A stretch of 61,548 bases of DNA, the filler included, from Sluysia triapertura (Eukaryota): NCBI GenBank assembly GCA_046118255.1. It is 5 parts of 5 records of this genome, joined end to end, with 100 filler letters (N's around TTAATTAATTAA, not from the genome) between each part and the next. Parts side by side here need not be neighbours in the genome. Positions count along the whole stretch, not along the records: positions 37,984 to 50,668 come from JBJNIA010090346.1; 4 more parts are not named here. One strand, written 5' to 3'. A program made the translations under genes and the position numbers. A model generated the notes under the pieces. That model worked only from the letters and a program-made list of their open reading frames with translations. It was not told the origin of the DNA and did not search any database. Shown piece by piece: positions 38,518 through 50,768 of the stretch; position 1 is the stretch's first letter, and every line of letters begins with the position of its first letter.

Positions 38518-39095
38518 TCATGCATCCATGAAACATTGTAAAGGATTAAACCGTAAAATAACTTTTATTACTTCATCTAATTCGATCGTAGGAATATCAG
38601 ATCTAAACCAATACATGAAACTAATAGGAAATTTACCAGATCGTTTGGCACCTGAGCTAACTTTTTATACCGACTCGTTTATGGTTTTAACATAATTTTT
38701 ATTGTTAAACTTCGTTGTCTTAATTTCACACCCATCAATATACATACATTTAGTTTTCGTGAAATAATCATTTGGTGCAAGTATTAATATTAATATAGTT
38801 CTAAAACTCTAAAGATGGTAGCAAATGTTTATTCTGTTGAGTAATTGAAATCATTAATTGTGGAGGATTACTAATAACACTGATCCAGAAACTTGGAATA
38901 TATTTTATTGGGTTCAAACGCTGCTGAATGTTGTTTCATCTCTACTTCTAGTATTTCTTCACTAACTTGCTCACTCAATTTATCAATATCATACTGTACT
39001 TCATCAAAATTTTCTATCTGAGAATTTAACGCTTGATTATGATGAACTTTGCCGTAACTTTCAGTTTTTGGTCTTTTATGAGTAGAAACCATCAT
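38518..39095 (-). pseudogene. SET: SET/TAF-I (NAP-family histone chaperone) intronless pseudogene
   Basis: IENFDEVQYDIDKLSEQVSEEILEVEMK, frameshift, KYIPSFWISVISNPPQL, PNDYFTKTK, PISFMYWFRSD...LDEVIKVILRFNPLQCF. Collinear with SET ([51 protein letters not shown]...LGEVIKDDIWPNPLQYY). Confidence 0.85.
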
Positions 39096-39439
39096 TATGT
39101 CGATTTGACGTAAAAATTTAATTGATAAAATGGATACTGTGCAATAAAATTATTATTGTGTATCTTACTTACTGTTGTGTTTAACTAGTTATTTTAGTAA
39201 TAATTTTGTACTAAAATAAATGACAGCATGACAAATTGCGGTAATTTATTTTAAAAAATTTTATTTTATTATAATTATTACAATTATTACTGTTATTATG
39301 ATTATGATTATTATTATTATTATTATATCTTGTTATGATTATTATTTTTACTATTAAATAATAATTATTATTATCACAAAATAAACGAGCATAAAATTTT
39401 CTTTTATTTAGAAATATACATGGATTGTTTTGTTCTAGT

Positions 39440-40139
39440 CCTACCTCGTTTTTATTTCTAGATCCAATTATTTCTATGTTTCTGTTTCTTCACTCTCCTA
39501 TTGTTGTAAGTGTTTACTCGCTGCTTCAAATTTATGTTCTGGTTTTTGTAATTGACGCCTTTTTTTCCAGTTTTAGATTCACTTCTCTTATTCTATACTT
39601 TATTTATTTAAAGTAAATATTTATTCATTTATTCAAAATATTTTTTTGCTACGATGAAGCACTTCTTCTATGAGTTTTGATGATGTAGCATTTTTTGGTT
39701 GAGACAAACTTACCGCCTTCACCTCTCATTGTACTCATATCATGCAGATAAGGAGATTGATGCAAATACTTGCCTTTTCATTTTGGTAAACGCTTCTAAC
39801 TTAGCTCGAGCTTTTCATCTTTTCAAAATCCTATAAAGGTTCTTCCATTGGATTTGGTATATTAAGTACTGTATCGGAACTTCGAGTATGACCTCGTATT
39901 CTCCCACTAAAATACCATTTTTGTGTGATTGTTCTATTACTGCATGTGCATAAGATTTTAGCCTTGTCTCTTGGTGAGTTTATGAACACCTCATTAACGG
40001 TTTGAGTAATAGTGAGGTGTTCTTTTTTATTCAGTGTAGTGAAAAAATTCATTTCTTTATATTGTATGACGCCCGAATGATCTATAGTTGATGAGATCTT
40101 GACGATTAGTACACTTTTCTTTATTATAAAGAAGTCCAT
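39440..40139 (-). pseudogene. Disrupted ORF, unknown (possibly TE-derived)
   Basis: 102-aa ATG ORF continues in coding-like sequence through several stops. Confidence 0.3.
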
Positions 40140-41099
40140 TCAGATGTGTCTTCTAAAATTATTGGAATATTTACAGGAGAGTAAAATAAGTCTGATTGTT
40201 GTTGAATTTCGATTGTGTAGTAGAGAGTTAGGAGTGCTAGAATAATGTAAGTTAGAAAGATATATAGATAGGTTAAGGAGAAGTGAGAGCGAGCAAGAAA
40301 GAGTTGTGATAGAGAAACTTAAAGTTGTTAAAGCAGAAACTTTTAATACCTGCTGTAATTTGATTTTGTAATTATTATATCATTAAGTTATTGTTATTAA
40401 TTTGAATCAAGGAACGTATTTTTTGGGTTGAATAAATGTCATTAGTAAAATGTGAAAATTTATCATAATTTAGACTTGATCTAGTGAGTATTGAAATTAT
40501 TAAGATTCTATTTAAGTAAAGTAAACTGATATTGATTGATTGTTACTAATTATTACAAAGACGCAACAGTATTATTTACGTTATTAGTATTTAAACTAGA
40601 TGCAATCTTAAAGCTTAAGTTCATTTTTTTGTTTTATATTCATTTAATTTTAATTTTTTAATTCTAATTTTTATTATCTTAAAATTTAGTTTCGAATTAA
40701 TACTTATTTCCAATGTTAATATTAATTTATCAGCTTTTATTTTAATTAACCTTAATTTTGTTTTTAAAAGATTTGAAGCCTGCTTAAGGCCTAACGAAAC
40801 GAATAGACACGATTTTAGAAAGTTGATTGATTCATTATAGAAAAGAAGACAAAACATAATTGTAAGGGATATAATATGAATTTAGATTTAAATTTAAAAT
40901 TTATGTTCGATTGAATTTTGTTATTAACAATGTGTTTAAAATTGTAAAAATTATTAATATAATTAAAAACAACGTGATTACAAAGATCTTTAATATTAAG
41001 AGAAATTATTACGGACTAAACAAAAATAAGTATGAGAACATTTATTGAACACGAAATAAATGAAGAGACGAATTAAAATTGTTATTGTTAATACGAGAA

Positions 41100-41900
41100 T
41101 GATGATTGTTGATGTTTGAACCCGCCACTGTCCACTCGCCGTTTTGGAAATACAATTCAGTAAAGAAAGAAATTAAATTAAAATTTTCACGAAACATTTT
41201 ATAGATCCATAAAATTACTTTATAATTTAAATTATCACTAGAGATTCACCTTTAATGCAAGGACTTGAATTAATTGGTTTCATACTTAAGCCGGATATAA
41301 TGATACAGTGGAAATTATTGCAGAAGATGAATTCATCATTTGGATCCTGTTGTAACTCTGAGATGTTGTGTACCTGTTTGCATCCAGCACCACATCTTAA
41401 ACATTGTCCATGCAGTGACATGTCATATCAACAGATGCCACGTTTACTATGGTCATGCTGAGTTATCATTTTACTTAGTGCTATACTAATTGGCATATAA
41501 GAATATAACTTGTCTGAGTTATATTCGACCATAATTAGTAAAAATAATTACTAAATCAGTTGTAGTTACATCTGGTGCTAATATATGTGAAACTGTTACA
41601 CATCTGTCAAGTGTATTAAAAGAACATTATTTGACATTAAATACACATTGGAAGAATTTAAATTAAGTACTGATACGTATTGATTCACATTTGATGAATT
41701 AATAGATATTATTTCGTACCAATTGCATTTTGAATTGTTTTGCGTTTGTGTCGATACTGGCAAGATACTGTTGGATTAAATAAATTAGAACATATAAGTG
41801 CATTGGTGACGGTTTTTCAAATGCATTAATCGAACAGTATATTTTCATAGCATTATCATCAGTATTAAATTTGCTAAAGCATATACATCACTGATATTTT
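41100..41900 (-). pseudogene. Degenerate Cys-rich coding remnant
   Basis: Elevated GC and Cys-rich peptides (GQCLRCGAGCKQVH...FCNNFHC) with stops; family not recognised. Confidence 0.3.
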
Positions 41901-43001
41901 GAGCTTGCTTCAAACATTTGTCACTATTATCGTTGCTTTTCAACAACAGTTCAATCAGATATGTAGAACTAAATTTATTTTCTACTAAAAAAATATTAAT
42001 CTAAATCTATTATTTGAGCTTTGTGTCGACATGGAGACATGATGCAATTTTCAAATTAATCATCGAAACACGTTTTATTTTTCTTTATTATTAATTGTTT
42101 AATTTCAGACGACTTTCGTGATGGATTTAATTTTAAATGAAATACCAATCTTTTACAATTACAAAGAATTGACCTCTCATCTTTACGGTTCATTATTAAT
42201 AATCTATACATTATTATCTGCTGATAAACTTTTCACTAAAATTTTTTTAATTGACAAATATTAAATTTATTTTTATAATTTTCTAATTATGAATTTTTCG
42301 ACAAACAAAATTTGTGTATAAATGAAACCGTGATTGGGTGGCTAATCAGGTTCTAAGTGAAACTGTATTATTTGGATTATTTTAAAAGGCAAACAACAAA
42401 TGACAAAAATATGAGCTGATTGCATGCTGACTTAACCAATTGTGAAATTGTTTGCCACCATGTCTCAGAATTCAGTGCAATTAGTGAATTGATAAAAATA
42501 AATGATAAAAATAAAATAATATAATAATAATAAAAATAAAAATAAATAAAGTTAATCAAAGCACATAAATTCTTTACATAATTTCTGTTCTTTGGATAAA
42601 ATAAATGAAATTCTTTTACATATCTTTAATTCATATTATCTTTTGAACAGTATATATGCATTAATAAAAATATGTAACAACATAGTTAAAGATGTTAATA
42701 GGAATTGATAAAAGAATGTAATTGAGTATGTTAAAGAAATTCCATTTTAATTGTAATGTTTAAAAATTGATTTGAAATGTGAATTTAATGTTTTTCAATG
42801 TTAATGATTGAATGTATTTTAAGAATTGTGAACTTGAAATGTTTTGAATTAACTTTTGAAGTATACATTCGATGATTTTAGGTATTGAGTAAAATTTTAA
42901 TGTTATGAAATTGTTAATTTAAAATGTTTTAAAATGTAAAGGGATTTTAATGAATCTGAAAAAGCGATATTAAGTGTGTGTGATTTAAATTTTGAATGAT
43001 A

Positions 43002-43694
43002 TCATTTTATAACACAAAAATCTAACAAACGTATTTCGGTCTTTTCTAATTGTTCTAAAATAGCTTCCATTAAAGCAGCTTGCGAACTAACACTAAAATC
43101 ATTTTTAAATAAATAAATCACTGGTGACCATAAAATATAACTCTGTACATATTTAAAATCAACTAAGTTTTTTATATTACGTTTAAACATTTCTGGCGAT
43201 AATAAACCGAAACAATAAAAAGTTGTATTATCTCTAATTACTGTAATATGTAAGCAATTAAATTTATGAACGTACAACTCAAACAATTTAGTGTTATACT
43301 TTCTTTTACATACATCATAAGGTCTATGAGCTATTGTAATTCGTGACGTTTCAGAGTTACAAGGTAGCAAATGTAATAAAATAACAATTTTTACGTACAG
43401 AAATAAGACATACATTGAAGACTTTCTTCTACCCATCGACATAATCTCCTATGAATAAGTATGCAGCACATTCTGGTAAACCACACATATAAATATACGT
43501 AGTAAATCATGATATTGAGCATGCATATTTCCCCAGACTTTAAGGAGAGATTTAACATCAAGTAAATAAGGTTGATACGCAGTTATTTTTCAAACTAAGT
43601 AATTCAAGTTTAACATATCTTTAAAATATGATTTACTCCTTTTTCCTGGTTTATTTTGGATACACAATAATTATTCCACTATCTCCAATTTCAT
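43002..43694 (-). pseudogene. PPP1C: Protein phosphatase 1 catalytic subunit, intronless pseudogene
   Basis: QNKPGK, QPYLLDVKSLLKVWGNMHAQYHDLLRIF, YLFIGDYVD, YDVCKRKYNTKLF...FNCLHITVIRDNTTFYCFGLLSPEM, ILWS, NDFSVS. Collinear with PP1 across several frameshifts and stops. Confidence 0.88.
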
Positions 43695-43944
43695 ACTTAA
43701 TGATAAGTATTATCACTGATTTCTTTAATTTTTAAATTAGTGATCGTTTAATAATAATGATAAAATTATAATGATAATAATCATAATGACAATAATAATC
43801 GTAATATAATTAATAATAATAATATTACAATAATAATATAATAATATCTTATTTACAAATGTAAGTAGAATATTAATGAATAATAATCAAATAAAAAAAT
43901 AATAATGTAATGATAACAACAATAATAATAAAAAATAATCAAGA

Positions 43945-44711
43945 AGCTACATTTCCAGTATGCTTCAAAATGAGATCACAGCTGCGCTGTTGATTATATA
44001 TACATCATAAATGGTGTTTTCCATATAAGATTATCGTTCAGATTCATACTGTTAAGAAAGGACATTTGTGACACCTGAACTTCAGACTTTTTGCGATAAG
44101 TGATAATGTAACAGTAAACACCAAGAGTTTTTCTCTAACATCTTTTTGACTTCTTCATTAGGTAGAGGAATAACGGTCATTGGATTATTACTACCAATGG
44201 ATTGTGCATAGGGTACAGTTTCTTTATAGATCGCGTTCTTGATTCCTTTTTATGGTTTGATAAAAAGTTTTCATAACTAATATTTCCTTAATTGTAATAC
44301 CGACAACTCCGAAATGATGGATGGAAAATATTTGTTGTGGCGGTATTTTATGAACATTCCTTGTAGTTTTCCACTTATCGATAAAATCCATTAGACATTT
44401 TGAATGTACACCTTACCTTGATCGTCAGAATACGATATTGTTTTGTTCATTATGGATTTTTCAAAACGTATGCCTTTTTAGCTTTGCAGTAATCATAATA
44501 TTGAAGTATTGTACCACTAGTATTTTGTATTGTCGTATATGGTGGAAGAAGATCGCATATTTGGAGATGAAGGAATTGGTAAATTAAATTATTGAACTTT
44601 TTTCGTCGTGACAATTCCCAACTTATGCGGAGTGCTGTCTATTCTAGTAATAAAGAAATTTCTTTCAATCGTAAACTGATTGTGAATTTAAATTTTGAAT
44701 AAGTTTGTCAT
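43945..44711 (-). pseudogene. Degenerate ORF, unknown
   Basis: Coding-like composition between two AAT tracts, with many stops. Confidence 0.3.
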
Positions 44712-44738
44712 CTAAAATATTGATGACAGTTTGACAAA

Positions 44739-44742
<4 letters not shown>

Positions 44743-44798
<56 letters not shown>

Positions 44799-44820
44799 TA
44801 TTATTATTATTACTATTTTT
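44743..44820. repeat. (ATT)n microsatellite
   Basis: ATT run with a few ACT interruptions. Confidence 0.95.
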
Positions 44821-45385
44821 GATATTATTATTATTTTATTATTACTATGATATAATATTGCTTTATGCAAATTGAAAAAAGTTTTAAAAATTTTTGTGAA
44901 AGAAAGTAATCAAAAGATAAAATTTTTCGAAACGAAAATAAATGTCAAAGGATAATGTTCGATACTTTATTATTCAAGGTCATCTTGTTTTGAAAATCGT
45001 TTATCGTCGTCTTCCAATTATCTAACTGAGATACACGAGCACTGTTTCAGAAACTCAATAGGGACTTTGTTATTCAGTTGTTTATTCGTATGATCGTGAT
45101 CATGAAAGTAGTGAAGAGTTGCATAGAAACGTGATATATTCAATTTTTTATTAATGTAAAAGTTTTAAACAAATTCAAGTGCACCTAAAAGTGTCTTAAG
45201 CACTATTAAGAAATAAATGTACGTTATAAAGTTAAGTGTCTTAAGTTTAACAATATCGTATTTATATACCACTTAAATTCCCTTTTAATGCTATAACACT
45301 ATCGAGACCAAGTCATTACAGACTAAAAAAGTACCTCATCTAAAATTACTTTGGTCGAGAACCATAAATTCTCTCGAATCATGTA

Positions 45386-46601
45386 TGTAAATACTGTACA
45401 AATATTGTAAAAAATTATTATTTGTAAATTTTTATTAAAATTATCATTTGTAAATTAAAATAAAATTTGTAAAAAGTATAAATTAAAATTTGTAAATTAA
45501 ATAATTAATATAATAATAATTATTATTCTCATGAATTTACCATTGATTTATTATAAATATTTATCAAAATTATAAACATTATTTATATGGAATTATTACA
45601 AATTTATAAATTACGAAAACAATAATTAATCATTATTTATTTATAAATATTAAACAATTACTTATCTGCCAGTCACCAACGTTTGGAACCATATAAATAG
45701 TCAAGAACAAAGTAAAATAATAATAAATTAATACGCGTCTTAAAGTTTTTCAGTAAGCAAGACTACAATTTTTGAAGAAAGGATTCGTTTGTTCTGGATT
45801 TTATCTTAATCAAATCATTGGAATAATTGCAAATTGGAGATTTTTAATGTATAATACTAATAAGTAAACTCATTTTGTTAGAAATTTGTGCGTAGATACA
45901 TTTCATTAAAATCAGACTTAAAATAATTCTCAATTTAAAATCCAAGCATTAGTCTGGATCAAAATCCATACCAAAATCTATATTATAAATTTGTAATAAT
46001 TTGTATTATATCATTATATTATTATTTCTTTTTATTTATCAAAAGTTTATTATCGAATAAATATTTGTGTTGTATCTAAATTGGTCTTCTCTTTGAAGAG
46101 TTAAATTATTATAAAACATAAGAAAAGGAAAAATCAGCATTCTTTTGATAACTTTAAAAGAATTATAGACATACTTACAATCGTTATTTGAAGAGATAGA
46201 TTTGATTTAAATTGTTAAAGTTATTTACAATTGTTACGCCCTTAAGTAGATTTAATTTGTTAAACATACAAAGTTGCTCACAATTGTTATACCATTAAGA
46301 TTGTATATTTGAAGAGGTAGTTAAACATCTCAATAAAAAGGATAGTTGTTGCAAACGATTGATTATAAAGTAGGAATTTAATTTATAAAGAAAAGTAAAA
46401 TTAATATAATTAAAATTAATAAAATTAAAAGTAATAATTAATATATTGACCTCCGTTTCGTTATTCCAAAGATTAAGTTATTCTTTCGCAGAACTGACAT
46501 TACTTGTAGATACGTCCTTTTCGTAAGGTAAATCGCATTACGCATGCGGACCTATATCGCATTAATATTATAATTGTTTTAAACTTAGCAAAAGTTGAAC
46601 A
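45386..46601 (+). mobile_element. Solo-LTR-like element, same family as 32265-33562
   Basis: TGTAAATA start. 46450-46601 aligns by eye with 33403-33562 (attaagtta.tctttcg, gatacgtc.tttcgtaa, gcggacc, aaacttag.aaaagttga). No clean TSD. Confidence 0.7.
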
Positions 46602-46708
46602 TTACGCAACCCGTCATAAGGTGTTGCTTCAAAATAAAAATAAGTTTAAGTCTATTTTACTATTCCCTTATTAAGGTGAATAGGCAAATCCTAACAATAA
46701 AAAATTAC

Positions 46709-47500
46709 CTGGAAAGCATGGAATAAAACTGATGTGTTCTGAAATTTTTTCTGGAAAAACTCTTATAAAAATTTGATCTAAAAATTTGTGTCATTTGTGT
46801 TAAAAAACATACCTATTTATATAAAATTGACTTACTCCATATTGGATGATGCCTTCTATTTATTAAATTCATTCACTTAAAGAAAATAAAGAAATAATTT
46901 AAATTTTGATTTATTTAAACAAAATAAAGAAACAATTTATATATAAACTAGAATTTTTTAGGAAATATTATTTGCAATTTTAATTAACCAGTTACATAGC
47001 GAGATATTCATTGAGTATTAAGATAATAAAACTAGTAGAGAATAGAATCATTCAAAAAATTATAAAAGACCCTCATTATACAAGAATCTTAAAAGAACTT
47101 TTCGTAGAATCATTCTTATAAGTCAGTCCCGTACTTATATCCTCTTCAGGACATAAAACGTGATGTACAAGCAAACCCGAACAATAATATATAATCATAA
47201 TTGTTTTGAGAAAGAAGAAAAAATCACCAACAATGTTCTGCACAGAGTAATAAATATTTTAATAAATTAATAAATAAATTATCATTAAGATAAAAAATTG
47301 AAAGACATATATTGTGGTTTTATTATAATTGGCTTTAAGATTATGATGTTTATATTTACCAATTATTGAATTAACATTATCAATTACTCTATAATTAATT
47401 TTATCGTTTGATCTATTATAAAATTTCTTATAAGTTTTCAAGTATTTATAAATACAAAATTGGTGCTTAAGGCACGTATCAATTTCATTATTAAACAAAA
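46709..47500 (-). CDS. Probable short exons of an unidentified gene
   Basis: AG/GT-flanked open blocks such as DQIFIRVFPEKISEHISFIPCFP and NIVGDFFFFLKTIMIIYYCSGLLVHHVLCPEEDI; no complete model could be built. Confidence 0.3.
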
Positions 47501-48242
47501 ATTATGCAATAGAAAAATATGAACTTGTTCTATTTATTAACCACAACAGAAAAATTTTAATCACTCTTGATATAATAGGTCACATAAAAATTAGAATTCT
47601 TACGTCTCACATTATTGACAGACCTTGCTGACACATGATAGCTTGGCCACTGACTGAAATTTGAATTTGACAATGAAAATTATATTTGACAATATATAAC
47701 CACATGTTTGTCACTTGGATACAATTTATACGCCATAATATAGTCCTTTACCATACGTTTCAGGAACACAAATAACTTTACAAGATTTAAAATTTAACAT
47801 GATTACATTACTTAAGTTATAACTAACTTTTAAATCGAAATTAATATAAAAGCTTTTATAAAAATCAAATTTAATTATTTATACTAAACGAAAAATTTTA
47901 CCACATAAAATAAAATAAGGACAATCAAATATTAAATTTGTCAAAACAATAGTAATTAGTTTTATTGTATACATGTTATGGTTAAAGATAATGTTACAAA
48001 ACAAATAATATATAACTAATATAGTGTTAGTAATCAATTTTTATTATCAATATTTCTTTAAATTCAAGGTTGCAGGAGTATTTCAAATATTATTCCATAT
48101 AATAACAACTAGAATGTCTACAAGGATATTCTAATTGCTTAAAAATGTCAAATTCATTATGATTAAAGCTAACGTTACAAAACAAATAACATATAACTAA
48201 TGCAGTGTTAGTAATCATTTTTATCACCAACACTTTTTTAAC

Positions 48243-48476
48243 TTCAAGCGATTTTAAATAATCAAATTCTGGTTAATGATTAGTAAATGTACAATGTACC
48301 ACATAATCTACTACTCGACCAACTACATTATGATTCCTTTTGAACACTACTATTCGACCACCTTTATCACTAGTAGCCACAAATTTTCCGGATTCATCAA
48401 ATTCAAGACAAAATATATCAGCATCATTAACATCTTCTTTTGTTGTACCTTTCATTCGAGAAAAGTACCACTCCAT
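48243..48476 (-). pseudogene. PPP2R2: PP2A 55-kDa regulatory subunit B, N-terminal fragment with an in-frame TAA
   Basis: WYFSRMKG...ADIFCLEFDESGKFVATSDKGGRIVVF...HCTFTNH*PEFDYLKSLE versus B55 WCFSQVKG...ATGDKGGRVVIF...STFQSHEPEFDYLKSLE. No downstream B55 exons found. Confidence 0.85.
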
Positions 48477-49854
48477 ATTTAGTCTTAATTCTTCATCATT
48501 TTAAACACAGTATCAATTTATAAAATTATCGAGTCATAATGTTAATATTTTAAAAAAATTTAAATTTATATTTTGACTTTTTAGGTGGTTGACAGTCTAT
48601 TTATATGATTCACACATGTTGTTAAGGCACTATGAATTTGATTGGCCATTGTGTGCATATTATTACGATCATTGTCGTCATAATCATTGTGATCATATCG
48701 TCATCACTATTATCATCATTACTATCATCATTATCGCTATAATTACCATAATTTCTATCATGTTAATAATCATTATTATCACTATAATTACCATCATTAT
48801 TATCATTATTTCTATTACTACCCATCTTAATAGTAGTAGTAGTAATTAGATTTAAATTTAGGGTTGTTTCTTCTCGAATATTTAACAAACTCATTAACCC
48901 AATAAGAAATATACAAAGTATAAAACAATATCACATCAAAATGATAAATCTTATACAAGATTTATATGTTATATTTTACATTTTATATCTGAAGATAACA
49001 TAAAAATTAAATATAAAAAATGTTAACGATGATTTTAAAAAACTTCATTTGAAACTTCTGACTTCCCATGTTTCGTAATACTAATAATGATAATAATAAT
49101 AATAATAGTAATATTAATAATATTAAAATGAATAAACTTATTTTTTGTGAATGATTACATTCAAATCATACAAATCTTGTGTATCTTACAATATTATTTT
49201 CGAATATAAATTCTTATATGCCTTTTATACAAAGATTTATAAATGTACTTCGAAAAATGTACGAAAATACTTTAATGTTGGAATTTTTTTCTTTTTATGA
49301 ATTCTTGGTTCAAAAAGTGGACAGATTTTATGTGGAGTTGTTGGTGGCGTAACAAAGTTATAGTTAACCATGCATTCTTTTTCTTCCTCTCAGGATAATG
49401 TAACTTCTAAAGGTTTTAAAAGTACTCTTTGAGATGGAAAATTCGCTTTAATATTTTTTAATAAAATCTATTCGCTAAGCATCATCGTCTTAAACATCAT
49501 CTTTCGGTTTAACATTTTCTTTATTCTTAATGGAATTATAATTAAATGAATGTACCAACTAACAAACATTCACAATAAAATATAAAATCTACATTAATGT
49601 ATAAATCATTAAATCATTTATGAATAACATATATTTTCTTTTTCTTCCCATTGCTTCTGTTTTTAGGTGTTGCTTCATTTTTATCTAAATTTTAAAATGA
49701 ATTGTCTCTAAACAAAATCCGACTATAAATGCATTAATATGACGTTAGAAGCGATTAATACAGAATTTGAGTCAATTCTCTAATATGCACCCTAACAACA
49801 TTAAATAGTAAAAAAGATAAAAATGAAAAATTGGGAGACACTAGAAAAAGGATG

Positions 49855-50062
49855 GTGCGTTATAATGATGATAAAAATGACAATGAACACTGAGTTTAAT
49901 ATTTTGGTTTAAAATGTTGATAAAAAGAATTTTACTAGGCATCTGTAATTTTATAATGATGAGTGATGCAATGACGCGAATGATATATACAAAATTCGTT
50001 ATGATGAGGTTTGTGTACATGATTTATGTGATATGTAGGTATGTGTGGGCTGGACCACCACA
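49855..50062 (-). mobile_element. TGTGGTG-family repeat
   Basis: Reverse complement begins tgtggtggtccagcccacacatacctacatatcacataaatcat, matching 14932 onward; 3' end approximate. Confidence 0.55.
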
Positions 50063-50542
50063 ACATAATTTTTGCGCAAATGTCCATAAATCTCCCCCTT
50101 TTAGCTTGGATTGGGGTAAAATAGCCCACATAATGTGTTAATAAAAGTACTTTTAAATTTTTGAAGGTTTTCTCCTCCCTCTTTTTTAATTTAAACATCT
50201 CATTCAACTACCCACGCACATAAATGTAACTAGTAATAAGTAACTGGTTGATCATGATATTTATTTTACTGCTTATTTAACGTCTTTTTCACTCTAACTT
50301 TTCTTAAAATTATAAACTGAAGATGCTTTTGTTATTGCAGTGATATTAATTAAGGAAAATTTTTCGTGTATGCTAAGTTCGATTTTATTAAATCATGTTC
50401 TATTAAATAAAGTTTGAAATACAATTTAATTCAGTTTTAAATTGTTTAAATTATTTCGCACTTAAAAACTGATATGTTTTCAAGGTTGACTCGGTGTAGT
50501 TGTAATTGTTATATTTTTGTTTAGTCCATTTTTTATTTTTTG

Positions 50543-50668
50543 ATTTGTGATAAAGTTATCACGTGAATTATTAAAAATGAATTATTATTTAATTTGTGAT
50601 AAAGTTATCACGTGAATTATTAAAAATGAATTATTATTTAATTTGTGATAAAGTTATCACGTGAATTA
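50543..50668. repeat. 49-bp tandem repeat (>=2.5 identical units) running into the gap
   Basis: atttgtgataaagttatcacgtgaattattaaaaatgaattattattta at 50543, 50592 and 50641. Confidence 0.93.
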
Positions 50669-50768
50669 NNNNNNNNNNNNNNNNNNNNNNNNNNNNNNNN
50701 NNNNNNNNNNNNTTAATTAATTAANNNNNNNNNNNNNNNNNNNNNNNNNNNNNNNNNNNNNNNNNNNN
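50669..50768. other. Assembly gap with TTAATTAATTAA linker
   Basis: 44 N + linker + 44 N. Confidence 0.97.

Noticed and set aside
48589-48849. Poly-Ile membrane-like ORFs (also 55544-55735, 60098-60433, 52441-52788)
   Set aside because: Translations of ATT/ATC microsatellites or low-complexity repeat DNA.
50543-50668. CRISPR-like palindromic repeats
   Set aside because: Units are identical end to end with no unique spacers, there are no cas genes, and the context is eukaryotic.
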